Positions 1 through 8,974 of a DNA stretch of 64,000 nt are shown here, in pieces. The translations under genes and the position numbers were made by a program. The DNA comes from an uncultured Phycisphaerales bacterium (GTDB lineage Bacteria; Planctomycetota; Phycisphaerae; Tepidisphaerales; Tepidisphaeraceae): positions 224,001 through 288,000 of the forward strand of contig CAWJPJ010000006.1 of assembly GCA_963844715.1 (NCBI GenBank), given 5' to 3'. Positions within the stretch are counted from its first letter, which is position 1. Each line of letters begins with the position of its first letter. The notes under the pieces are model-generated. The model had not been told where the DNA came from, did not search any database, and was given only the letters and a program-made list of their open reading frames with translations.

Positions 1-851
1 TCAAAAGCAGCGCCTGCGCTTCTTTAGGAAACCCAAAGCCAAACGCCTGCTCGACCACGCGCACCATCTGCCCGTCCAGCATCTCCATCGCCGCCGGCAG
101 CAGCCCCGACGAAATCACATCCGCCACCGCCGCCGAGGCGTCTGACGACGATGCGAACAATCCGACGATCGTCCGAAACGCCGTCGGCTTAGGCGCCAAC
201 CTCACCCAAAGCGATGTAATAATCCCAAAAGTCCCCTCCGACCCGCAGATCAGTCCTGCCAAATCAATCGGCCCCGCCTCGCAAGCCCCATTCTCACCGC
301 CCGTGCGCAAGATCGACCCATCCGCCAGCACCATCTCAATCCCAAAGACATGATTCGCCGAGACAAAATCCTTGAGCGTGTGAATCCCCCCGGCGTTCGT
401 CGCCGCGTTCCCTCCAATCGTGCTGGCCCTTTGACTAGAAGGATCAGGCGCGAAAATGATATCCCGCTCCACCGGGGATCGCCGCCACCGCATCCGAAAG
501 CTGCGTATTGCGAACTCCCGCCTGAACGTGCGCCGCGCGATTCGCCAAATCGATCTTAAGAATCCGCGTCATCCGCGTGGTCGAGACAATCACCCCGTCC
601 CCAAACGCCACGCACCCACCCGCCAGCCCCGTCCCCGACCCTCTCGGCACGATAGGGCACCCATGCCGCCCCAAAACCTTCACCACCGCGCTCACCTGCT
701 CCGTCGTCGTCGGAAAAACCACCGCCGACGGCCGCGCCTTGGCGATCGTGAACCCGTCGCTCTCATAAACCAAAAGCTCATCCGCATCGCTCAGCACCGA
801 TCCCAGCGGAAGAACCCCGGCGAGCTCGTTAAAAAGAGCAACAGAAATCAT
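1..851 (-). CDS. glcD: FAD-linked oxidase, glycolate oxidase GlcD-like (runs off window start; one frameshift)
   Basis: IVPRGSGTGLAGG FAD-binding motif. Removing one base from the A4 run at 453-456 restores HFAPDPSSQRASTIGGNAATNAGG...GSEGTFG in the downstream frame. Confidence 0.8.
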
Positions 852-1525
852 GACTCCGTCGCGTCCGCAATTCGAACCGCCCGAATGAACTTCTGAATCT
901 TCTCCGGAGACTTTTTACGCTTCTCCTCCTCCACGCCGCTGCTCACATCCACCCCATAAGGCCGCAGCATCCGCACCACCTTCCCCACACTCTGTGGCCG
1001 CAATCCCCCCGCGACAATCACCGCCGGCAACCCCGCAAACGCCCCCGACTTCTTCAGCCTCAAAATCGCCTTCCAATCATTGGCAATCCCGCTCCCCCCC
1101 GGCATCCCGCTCGCCGTCTCGAGCAAAATCCCCTTCAAATTCGTCAGCTTCAGCCGCCGAATCTCCTTCTTCCAGAATTTCAAAGTCCGCGCGATGTGCC
1201 CATCCACGTGCAACGCCTTGACCACCGCACGCGGCTTAAGCGACGCCACAAACTCCGGCGTCTCATGCCCCTGAAGCTGAATCACATCAATCGGCACCTG
1301 CCGCAAAGTCTCCGCCACCTTCCGCCCATTCGCATTCACAAACAACCCCGCGACCGTCACCAACCCCGGCACTGCTCCCACAATCCGATTCGCCTGCTTC
1401 GCCGTCAAAATTCGCTTCGAAGGCCCATGCAAAACCACCCCAATCGCATCCGCCCCGGCTTCCACAGCCGCCAGCGCATCCTCAGCCCGACAAACCCCAC
1501 AAATTTTGATTCGCGTCCGACTCAT
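848..1525 (-). CDS. trpF: Phosphoribosylanthranilate isomerase
   Basis: RIKICG, QLQGHE, AGGL and GVDVSSGVE motifs; ATGA overlap with the glcD-like gene. Confidence 0.93.
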   Translation of the reverse strand: MSRTRIKICGVCRAEDALAAVEAGADAIGVVLHGPSKRILTAKQANRIVGAVPGLVTVAGLFVNANGRKVAETLRQVPIDVIQLQGHETPEFVASLKPRAVVKALHVDGHIARTLKFWKKEIRRLKLTNLKGILLETASGMPGGSGIANDWKAILRLKKSGAFAGLPAVIVAGGLRPQSVGKVVRMLRPYGVDVSSGVEEEKRKKSPEKIQKFIRAVRIADATES

Positions 1526-1554
1526 GATTTAACCCTGCCGCTCCAAACAATTCT

Positions 1555-1600
1555 CCCCTCTCCCCATGTACTCATGGGGAGAGGGCCAGGGTGAGGGGCG
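1555..1600. repeat. REP-like palindromic element, family G (CCCTCTCCC...GGGAGAGGG..GGGTGAGGGG)
   Basis: 13-bp perfect stem ccctctccccatg/catggggagaggg (1556-1585) with tact loop. Related copies at 3498-3535 and 5856-5899, degenerate copy at 30825-30871. Confidence 0.85.
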
Positions 1601-1689
1601 ATCTTGGAACGTCGAACGCCGTCCTTCACCCTAAACCCTTCCGGGAACACGGGGGAGGCATGCGGCGCCGACTTATCAATCAGCATTTC

Positions 1690-3402
1690 CTATTTCGCCA
1701 ACCGCGTAAGCTCCTCTTCCATCGCCTTCATCAGCGGCCTCAACGTCCTCTCGGAAAAATCAAACTCAATTCCCGCCGCCTCGAACAACTCCGGCAGCGG
1801 CCGCGTCCCGCCCAGCGCCAGCGCCGCCCGATATCGCTCAATCGCCGCCGCCTGATCCTGCCTCGATTTCACCCACATCTGCAACGCTCCAAGCTGCGCA
1901 ATCCCATATTCAATGTAATAAAACGGCGACCCAAACAAATGTGTCTGCCTCTGCCACATCGATTCGCGCGTCTCTTCACACCCACTCCAATCCACTTTGC
2001 TCCCGAAGCGATCCAGCAGTCCAAGCCACGTCCGTTTCCGCGCCGTCCGCGTGTGCCGCGGCGTCGTATACAGCCAATGCTGAAATGAATCGATCGTCGC
2101 CATCCAAGGCAGGAACCGGATGATCCCCTCAATCATATTCCGCCGCGCACGATTGGCCTCGGGTATGTCATAAAAAATCGAGAAATGCTGGCTCCCCAGC
2201 AATTCCATCGACATGCTCGCCACTTCGCAGAATTCCATGGGCGCCGTCCGCAGGAAAACCACATCTTCCGCCGCCGACGCCGCGAGATGATGAAACGCAT
2301 GCCCGCCCTCATGCAAAAGCGTCTCGACGTCCCGCTGCAATCCCGCCGCGTTCATGAAAATGAACGGCTTGCGCGACTCCTCCAGCGGCATCAGATACCC
2401 GCCCGGCTGCTTCCCCTTGCGGCTCTGCAAATCCAGATTCCCCGACGCTCGCAACCGATCAAATTCAAACCCCAGCGCCGGCGACAGCCGCACGAAAATC
2501 TCCCGCGTCTTGTCCAGAAAGTCGTCGATATCCGCCGCATCAAACGGCCGCAGCGGCGGCCGGCTCTTCGGATCCACCGCCGTATCCCAAGGCCGCAATT
2601 TCTCCAATCCCAAATCCAGCAACCTCTGCTGATCCAGCCGCCGAACCACCGGCACAACCGTCTCCGCGATCGCATCCGCGAACTTCAAACAATCTTCCGG
2701 CGCGTAATCAAACCGCTTCAGCGCCTTCCATTGATAGGCCCGAAAATCCACGCACGCCGCATTCCGCGCGATCTGCTGCCTCAGCGGCAGCAATCCCTCG
2801 AAGATCGTCTCAATCGCGTCCCGGTCGTTGAGCCGGCGCCGCGCCGCCGACTCCCACGCCTCGCGCCGCGTCGCCCGGTCCGGCTCCTCCTGGAACCGCG
2901 CCATCTGCTGCATCGTGTAATCCTGCCCCCGGAAATGCACCATCATCCGCCCGTTGATCTGGTCGAATTCCGTCACCCGCCGCGTCAGCTCCGTCTCGAT
3001 CGCTACGTTTTCCTCGCGGAATATTTCCACATCCGCCTGCCATTTCTTTCGCAATTCTTCAAACCGCTCCCCCATCTGGTCCGCGAAAGACGACTGCAAA
3101 TATTTCTTCTGCAACTGAAAAATCAGCGGCTTGATCTTCGGCTCGACATTCTCCACGAAATCGAGATACCGCTTCAAAACCGCCTTGTCGTCCGTATGGC
3201 AGCTCTTGTCGATGTATTTCCGGCTCCCGTATTCGTCGACAACGGCCGTCAGCTCCGAAAAATCGTCCATCCACCGCCGCAATTGCTCGACGGAATCCAC
3301 CGGCCGGAAGAGCAACCCCCGATACAACGTCTCAAGTTTCGAAAAATCCGCCACGTCCAATCCCGGCGGCACATACCGGTCCGGCGGCAAAGTTGCGGGC
3401 AT
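1690..3402 (-). CDS. pepF: M3 family oligoendopeptidase F
   Basis: HEGGH zinc motif, EFCEVASMSME third-ligand motif, PFYYIEY; 570 aa. Confidence 0.9.
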   Translation of the reverse strand: MPATLPPDRYVPPGLDVADFSKLETLYRGLLFRPVDSVEQLRRWMDDFSELTAVVDEYGSRKYIDKSCHTDDKAVLKRYLDFVENVEPKIKPLIFQLQKKYLQSSFADQMGERFEELRKKWQADVEIFREENVAIETELTRRVTEFDQINGRMMVHFRGQDYTMQQMARFQEEPDRATRREAWESAARRRLNDRDAIETIFEGLLPLRQQIARNAACVDFRAYQWKALKRFDYAPEDCLKFADAIAETVVPVVRRLDQQRLLDLGLEKLRPWDTAVDPKSRPPLRPFDAADIDDFLDKTREIFVRLSPALGFEFDRLRASGNLDLQSRKGKQPGGYLMPLEESRKPFIFMNAAGLQRDVETLLHEGGHAFHHLAASAAEDVVFLRTAPMEFCEVASMSMELLGSQHFSIFYDIPEANRARRNMIEGIIRFLPWMATIDSFQHWLYTTPRHTRTARKRTWLGLLDRFGSKVDWSGCEETRESMWQRQTHLFGSPFYYIEYGIAQLGALQMWVKSRQDQAAAIERYRAALALGGTRPLPELFEAAGIEFDFSERTLRPLMKAMEEELTRLAK

Positions 3403-3464
3403 CGCAAAGTCCTCTAAATTGGTCCACCGTGAACACTAATCGCCCCTCGCGCCGCAAGCAACCG

Positions 3465-4333
3465 ATGCGCGCACAAACGAATCGGCCTCCTAATATTCCC
3501 TCCCCATGTACTCAGGGGGAGGGCAAGGGTGGGGGTTCCTATGCTTTCGAACTTCATAACGTAGGCGTCCTGAGAGATTCCCGCTGGATCCTAAAAAATA
3601 TAAATTGGCAAGTAACCCCCGGCTCCCTCGCCGCCATCATCGGCCCCAACGGCAGCGGAAAAAGCTCCCTCGCCCGCGTCATCGCCACCCACTGGTGGCC
3701 CACCGCCGGAACCTGCTCCGTCCTAGGCGAACCCTTCGGCCAAGCCAATCTCCCCGAACTCCGCAAAACCATCCGCATGGTCCAACCCGCCGGCCCTTAC
3801 GACGCCGACAACGCCCTCACCGCCAAAGAAACCGTCCTCACCGGCTTCTTCGGAACCGTTGGGTTGTATCAACGCCGATCGCCATCCATGTTGCGTCGAG
3901 CCGCACAGTTGCTCGACCGCGTAGGCCTCGCCGCCGTCGCCAACCACTCCTACCCATCCCTAAGCAGCGGCGAAAAAGTCCGCGCCCTCATCGCCCGAGC
4001 CCTGGTCAACCTGCCTCGTCTTTTGATCTTAGACGAACCCACCGCCGGCCTGGACCTCCGCGCCCGCGAGCAAGTCCTGGCCACCATCCAATCCCTAATG
4101 CAATCCAAAAATCGCCCGACAGTCGTCCTGATCACTCACCACATCGAAGAGCTACCCCCGCTAACCCAAAACGTCCTCCTATTAGACCGAGAAAAACCCG
4201 CAGCCCAAGGCCCCAGGTCCTCAATCCAAAAATCCTGTCGAAAGTCTACGGAGTAAAAGTAGAAGTGACCCAATCCTCAGGAAGATTCTACGCCCAAGTC
4301 CACCCCAGCGCCTGGACGGAGTTGCTAAAATAA
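3465..4333 (+). CDS. ABC transporter ATP-binding protein (one frameshift near 4210)
   Basis: Walker A GPNGSGKS, LSSGE signature, LILDEPT, H-loop ITHH. C-terminus (QVLNPKILSKVYGVKVEV...) continues in another frame to TAA at 4333. Confidence 0.85.
3498..3535. repeat. Family G REP-like element inside the 5' end of the ABC ATPase ORF
   Basis: ccctccccatgtactcagggggagggcaagggtggggg shares the tgtactc core with the 1555 and 5856 copies. Confidence 0.75.
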
Positions 4334-4351
4334 CGCCCTCTCCCCGCATTT

Positions 4352-4383
4352 ACTGGCAACTGGCAACTAACAACTGGCAACTA
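4352..4383. repeat. Heptamer-period element, family A (ACTGGCAACTGGCAACTAACAACTGGCAACTA)
   Basis: Identical 32-mer at 41167-41198; 31-nt matches at 14496-14526 (reverse) and 16261-16291; degenerate copies at 15941-15961 and 17964-17995. Confidence 0.9.
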
Positions 4384-4386
4384 TTC

Positions 4387-4755
4387 TCACTTCCCATTTT
4401 TCCCCCGAAACTGCACCGCCATCTCAAACTTCCCATTGCTCAATGGCCGCGACCGAATCACTTCGCAAATCTGCGCCCCATTCGAGTGCCCGTTCCCGAT
4501 CACTTCAATTTTGCAGTTTTGCCCCACGGCCAGCGATTCCTTCAGCAGAAATGAAATCCCGCTGAACGACAAATCGCGCGTCATGATCTCGAACGTCGCA
4601 TTCGCGTTCGCTCCGTCAAGAATGGTAAGAATGGCTTTCCCCTGAACGGGTCTGCGGTTTTCGCGCCGCCGATCGCGATCCTGCAAAGATGACGGCGGAG
4701 GCGTTGGCCGCTGCCCCGATGGGGGCGGGTTAACCGGGTCTGGTAATCGGCTCAT
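4387..4755 (-). CDS. Stand-alone PilZ domain protein
   Basis: RRENR (RxxxR) and DLSFSG (DxSxxG) c-di-GMP-binding motifs; ends MAVQF. Confidence 0.85.
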   Translation of the reverse strand: MSRLPDPVNPPPSGQRPTPPPSSLQDRDRRRENRRPVQGKAILTILDGANANATFEIMTRDLSFSGISFLLKESLAVGQNCKIEVIGNGHSNGAQICEVIRSRPLSNGKFEMAVQFRGKNGK

Positions 4756-4886
4756 AGGATGTTCCTAAGTTAGCAGATTGCGCGGGATGCAACTCTCCAT
4801 TTAAACCTCACCCACCGCCCGCGCCCGTCCTCCCACACCATATTTAGCGGCGATGCGCAGCACCGCGTTAACCCCCCAAGCTCCCC

Positions 4887-5831
4887 TCAATCCAAATGCA
4901 AAACAGCCTTCCCCAAAAACTCCCGCCCCATCAACTTCTGCGCAACCCCCGCCACATTCCTCCACGAATCCTCCAGCGAGATATGCGGCGTCAATTTTCC
5001 CGACGCAACAAGCCCCACAAGATTTTTCAATCCAATCGATGCCGGCTCACTCAACAGCTCATTAAAGACAATCATACCGTAAAGCGTCTTAGGACCTCCG
5101 GAATAAAATTGCTGCGTATTGATCGTCGGCTCCGCCCCCGCGGTTGTCCCAAAAATAACACAAACCCCGCGCATCCCCAGCATCCCCAGCACCTTCCCAA
5201 AATTCGCGCCCCCAACCGAATCGATGATCAGCCGATACGGACCAAACTCCGCCGCCGGCGATGGATCGTCCCCAGCCGCCACATGCTCGACGCCCAGCGA
5301 CCACGCAAACGCCTCCTTCGCCGGCGATCTCACCAACGCCACCATATTCGCTCCCGCCAATCGTCCCAATTGACAGGCAAAATCCCCCGTCCCACCCGTC
5401 GCCCCCGTTACCAATATCGGCTGATTCAGCAAAAATCCGCCCTTGTAAAGCGCATGCAAAGCCGTCAATCCCGCCACCGGCAACGTCGCCGCCTGGGCAA
5501 ACGAAACCACTTCCGGAACCTCCGCCAGCGCATTCGTCCCCGCCGCGATCACCTCCGCCCAAGCCCCCGTACTGACCAATCCCACCACCCGTGCCCCCAT
5601 CTTCGGCCCCGACCCATCCGCTGCCGCCTGCTCCACGATGCCCGCAAAATCCCATCCCGGCCGAAACCCCGCCGGCGCACTCTGCGACCGCCGAACCTCC
5701 CCCCGATTCAGCGAAATCGACTTCACCCGCACAATCGTCTGATCCCCCCGCGCCGCCGGCCACCCAACTTTCCGAACCACCAATCTCTCCGCCCGATCCG
5801 GATCCACCACCACGGCTTCAATGTCGTTCAT
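4887..5831 (-). CDS. MDR superfamily NADPH:quinone oxidoreductase-like protein
   Basis: SLNRGE, PGWDFAGIV, AATLPVAGLTA, VTGATGGTG, GKAVL. Confidence 0.85.
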   Translation of the reverse strand: MNDIEAVVVDPDRAERLVVRKVGWPAARGDQTIVRVKSISLNRGEVRRSQSAPAGFRPGWDFAGIVEQAAADGSGPKMGARVVGLVSTGAWAEVIAAGTNALAEVPEVVSFAQAATLPVAGLTALHALYKGGFLLNQPILVTGATGGTGDFACQLGRLAGANMVALVRSPAKEAFAWSLGVEHVAAGDDPSPAAEFGPYRLIIDSVGGANFGKVLGMLGMRGVCVIFGTTAGAEPTINTQQFYSGGPKTLYGMIVFNELLSEPASIGLKNLVGLVASGKLTPHISLEDSWRNVAGVAQKLMGREFLGKAVLHLD

Positions 5832-5855
5832 AACGTCTCCCAGTCCCGCTCTGGT

Positions 5856-5899
5856 CCCCTCTCCCTGTACTCGGGGAGAGGGTTAGGGTGAGGGGCGAT
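5856..5899. repeat. Family G REP-like element
   Basis: cccctctccctgtactcggggagagggttagggtgaggggcgat; hairpin plus GGGTGAGGGG tail as at 1555. Confidence 0.85.
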
Positions 5900-5940
5900 T
5901 TTTCCCTAACGTCAAAGCGTTCCCCTAATACTGAACTCTC

Positions 5941-6270
5941 CTACCATTTTTTAAAAATAACGAACACTGCCAAAGCCATGATCGCAAACCCCGCCAGATG
6001 GTTCCACCGGATCTGCTCCTTCAAATACCACACAGAAAAGAAACTGAACACCTTCAAGGTGATCACTTCCTGAATCGTCTTCAGTTGCACCGCCGAAAAT
6101 TCATACGACCCGATCCGATTCGCCGGAACCTGAAAACAATATTCCAGAAATGCGATCAACCAACTGACGATCACAACCTTCCAAAGCGGCACCTGCCGAT
6201 ATTTCAGATGCCCATACCACGCAAACGTCATGAAAATATTGGAACAAACCAGCAGGCATATGGTAGTCAT
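5941..6270 (-). CDS. DMT family small membrane protein (DUF486-like)
   Basis: SNIFMTFAWYGHLK, EYCFQVPANRIG, QLKTIQEVITL signatures; ATG at 6270. Confidence 0.88.
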   Translation of the reverse strand: MTTICLLVCSNIFMTFAWYGHLKYRQVPLWKVVIVSWLIAFLEYCFQVPANRIGSYEFSAVQLKTIQEVITLKVFSFFSVWYLKEQIRWNHLAGFAIMALAVFVIFKKW

Positions 6271-6317
6271 GCCCGATATGCTGCGCGATCGCGAAAAATC
6301 CCGCCAGAGGCAACTGC

Positions 6318-6922
6318 CTACTGGAATTTGAACCCGTTGATCTTCCAAGCCCCGTTCACTTCGATAAGGAAAACCTGTCCCGTAGCGCTACTCCCGTCGG
6401 AGAATTGGATCTTCACGAAAGAGTTCCCCGTCTTGTTTCCGTTGGCGTTCTGTATCCCCGCGATCGGGCAGGTAACCTTCTGCAAAGTCGGCTTATTCTT
6501 GAACCAGTCCAGCGCTTGCTGAAGCTGATCCGCCGTGACCGGATTCGTGCATTCGGCTGTCACGGCCGCCTGATTTGCGCCGCCAGATCCATGACAAGCT
6601 GGTCCGATGCCGTCCGTAGCGGACCCGTCACCTGCCACCACCCGATTCCCCCCAATCCCCACAACCCGAAATTGACGAAACCGAGGATCAACCCGGCGAC
6701 CGCCATCCCGCGCCCGCGCACCGCCGGGTTCTTCGTCGCGCTGATCCCGGTGATCCCGAATATGATCGCCAGCAAACCGCTCAATCCAGGAATGCAAAGC
6801 AGCAGTCCGCAAACCAGACTGGTGATTGCAAGCCCGCTCGTGCGCCAGGCCATCGGAACCGGATAAGGAGACGGCATGCCGCCCGGCGGATACCCCGCCG
6901 GTGGATAGAGTGGTTGGCTCAT
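6318..6922 (-). CDS. DUF4190-domain membrane protein (frameshift near 6580)
   Basis: TSGLAITSLVCG...GRGMAVAGLILG. The C-terminal domain (...EVNGAWKINGFKFQ) lies in another frame and aligns with the paralog next door. Confidence 0.8.
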
Positions 6923-7018
6923 CCCCCAATCATAAGTCCCCTCCCCAGGGCAACCCCCATCCACACCCCGCTCGCGCCAGCCCCATCCGCGACCGGATTC
7001 CAAACCGCATCCCAATCC

Positions 7019-7052
7019 TCCCGCGAAGCCGGTGCAACTTGTTGCACCGGAT
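7019..7052. repeat. Short hairpin repeat, family H (TCCCGCGAAGCCGGTGCAACTTGTTGCACCGGAT)
   Basis: 10-bp stem ccggtgcaac/gttgcaccgg; second copy at 13446-13479. Confidence 0.8.
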
Positions 7053-7053
7053 C

Positions 7054-7647
7054 CTAATTGAATTCAGCCCGATAAACCTGCAAGTTCACCCCGCGATAGA
7101 TCAAGCTTAAATCCGCCCTCGCCCGGCTACCATCCGCAAATTCAATCTCGCAGGACACTTTCCCGGTGGTGAATCCCGATTGATAATCGACCGAACCGTT
7201 CGATGTCCGAATCGACTTCACCGATCCGCGCTTTTTAAAGAAATCCATGTATCCCCTGATCTGATCGTCGGAGATCGATTCCACGCAGTCCCCCCTCGCG
7301 CTGATAAAGTTGCCCGCCGACAGATCCACAATCAACTGCCGCGACTCGCTCCGCATCGGCCCGGTCGTTCCCCGCCACGAATTGTAAACACATCCCCAGA
7401 ATGCCAGATTGATCACCCCAAGAACAATCCCCGCCACCGCCAGCCTGCCCCCGCGCAACGCCGATTTTCGCGTCGCCAGGATCCCTCCAATCCCCGTACC
7501 GATCGCCGCCAATCCCGTTACCGCCGGAATGCAGACAAACCCGCCCAATACCAAACTGGCGACCGCCAATCGGCTAAGCCGCTGCGAAATCACCCCCGAA
7601 TAATCCGAAGGAAGCGGATTACCGCCCGATTTTGGCGTTTGGCTCAT
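7054..7647 (-). CDS. DUF4190-domain membrane protein, tandem paralog of 6318-6922
   Basis: SRLAVASLVLG...RGGRLAVAGIVLG; TGPMRSESRQLIVDL matches TGPLRTASDQLVMDL of the neighbour. Confidence 0.8.
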   Translation of the reverse strand: MSQTPKSGGNPLPSDYSGVISQRLSRLAVASLVLGGFVCIPAVTGLAAIGTGIGGILATRKSALRGGRLAVAGIVLGVINLAFWGCVYNSWRGTTGPMRSESRQLIVDLSAGNFISARGDCVESISDDQIRGYMDFFKKRGSVKSIRTSNGSVDYQSGFTTGKVSCEIEFADGSRARADLSLIYRGVNLQVYRAEFN

Positions 7648-7686
7648 TCCTCCCATCATAAATCGCACTGTCCCCCAAATCTCGGT

Positions 7687-7714
7687 TTGACAGTTTTCAA
7701 CCGAATGGTATATA
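7687..7714 (+). promoter_or_regulatory. Sigma-70-type promoter of the aroF leader
   Basis: TTGACA (7687-7692), 16-nt spacer ending TGG, TATATA (7709-7714); extended -10 TG present. Confidence 0.75.
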
Positions 7715-7724
7715 TCCTCTTGTG

Positions 7725-7799
7725 ATGAATAAAGGTCGCCAGGGTTACCGCTATTGGTTTACGGGTTACTTTTACCCCGTTACCCATACCGCGTCCTGA
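7725..7799 (+). CDS. Aromatic amino acid attenuator leader peptide, MNKGRQGYRYWFTGYFYPVTHTAS
   Basis: Hand translation: 24 aa with 4 Tyr, 2 Phe and 1 Trp within residues 8-17, directly upstream of a terminator and the DAHP synthase gene. Confidence 0.85.
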   Translation: MNKGRQGYRYWFTGYFYPVTHTAS

Positions 7800-7830
7800 G
7801 CGACCACAACGAACAGTGGATAGAAGATAG

Positions 7831-7867
7831 AGCCTCAGGACAAAATCCTGGGGCTTTTTTTGTTTTT
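7831..7867 (+). terminator. Attenuator terminator hairpin
   Basis: agcctcagga-caaaa-tcctggggct stem (one G-U pair) then T7-g-T5. The 5' arm (ctcaggac, 7834-7841) is also complementary to gtcctgag (7793-7800). Confidence 0.9.
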
Positions 7868-7881
7868 GAAGGGAGCCCCGG

Positions 7882-8904
7882 ATGATAGTGGTAATGAAAC
7901 CTGGAGCCGACAAAAAGCAGGTCGAGCACGTAATTCATTTGGTGAGAGAAATGGGCCTTAAAGATCACGTCATCGTCGGGGAAGAACGAACCGTGGTCGC
8001 CGTCATCGGCGATGACCGTTTCAAAGATCGTTCCGTCCTCGAATCCGTCGACGGCGTGGACCGCGTCGTCCCCATCCTGGCCCCCTACAAAATGGCTTCC
8101 AAAGAAGTCAAAAAAGATCGCACCACCATTCCATTGGGCGGCAAGCTCAAGGGAACCGTTGGCGGTAAAAAAGTTGCCGTCATTGCCGGCCCATGCAGCG
8201 TGGAAAATAAATCCCAGGTCCTCGAGATCGCCCATGCCGTCAAGGAAGCCGGCGCCGTCGCCCTCCGCGGCGGGGCATTCAAGCCCAGAACGAACCCCTA
8301 TTCATTCCAGGGTCTGGCCGAAAAAGGCCTCGAATTCCTCGCCCTCGCCCGAGAAGAAACCGGCTTGGCCGTCGTCACCGAAGTTATGTCCATCGATCAG
8401 GTGGACCTCGTCGCCAAATATGCGGACGTCCTCCAGGTCGGCGCTCGCAACATGCAAAATTTCAATCTCCTCAACGCCGTGGGCGAGCAGAAAAAGCCCG
8501 TCCTATTAAAGCGAGGCATGAGCGCCACCCTCGAGGAATTTCTCCTCGCCGCCGAATACATCATGGCCAAAGGCAACGCCAACGTCATGCTCTGCGAACG
8601 CGGCATACGCACCTACGAGGAATACGTCCGCAACACCCTGGCCCTGGCCGCAGTCCCCGAACTCCACCGCGTGAGCCATCTCCCCGTCGTAGTCGATCCC
8701 AGCCAGGGCACCGGCAAAAGTTATCTCGTAGACAGCATGTGCCGAGCCGCGGTCGCCGCCGGCGCCGACGCCCTGATCATCGAAGTCCACAACGACCCCG
8801 AGCACGCCCTTACGGATGGCGCCCAATCCATCACGCCAGACCAGTTCGCGGAGACGATGCGCGCCATCCAAAAAATCGCCGCCGCCGTCGACCGCGAGGT
8901 GTAA
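7882..8904 (+). CDS. aroF: DAHP synthase, class I-beta, with N-terminal regulatory domain
   Basis: [51 protein letters not shown]-terminal regulatory domain. Confidence 0.95.
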   Translation: MIVVMKPGADKKQVEHVIHLVREMGLKDHVIVGEERTVVAVIGDDRFKDRSVLESVDGVDRVVPILAPYKMASKEVKKDRTTIPLGGKLKGTVGGKKVAVIAGPCSVENKSQVLEIAHAVKEAGAVALRGGAFKPRTNPYSFQGLAEKGLEFLALAREETGLAVVTEVMSIDQVDLVAKYADVLQVGARNMQNFNLLNAVGEQKKPVLLKRGMSATLEEFLLAAEYIMAKGNANVMLCERGIRTYEEYVRNTLALAAVPELHRVSHLPVVVDPSQGTGKSYLVDSMCRAAVAAGADALIIEVHNDPEHALTDGAQSITPDQFAETMRAIQKIAAAVDREV

Positions 8905-8974
8905 TCGAACGTCAAAGTTCCCCGATAAACATTTTCTGGAACAAGAAGAGTTCGGCGTGCACGACCATTTCCGT

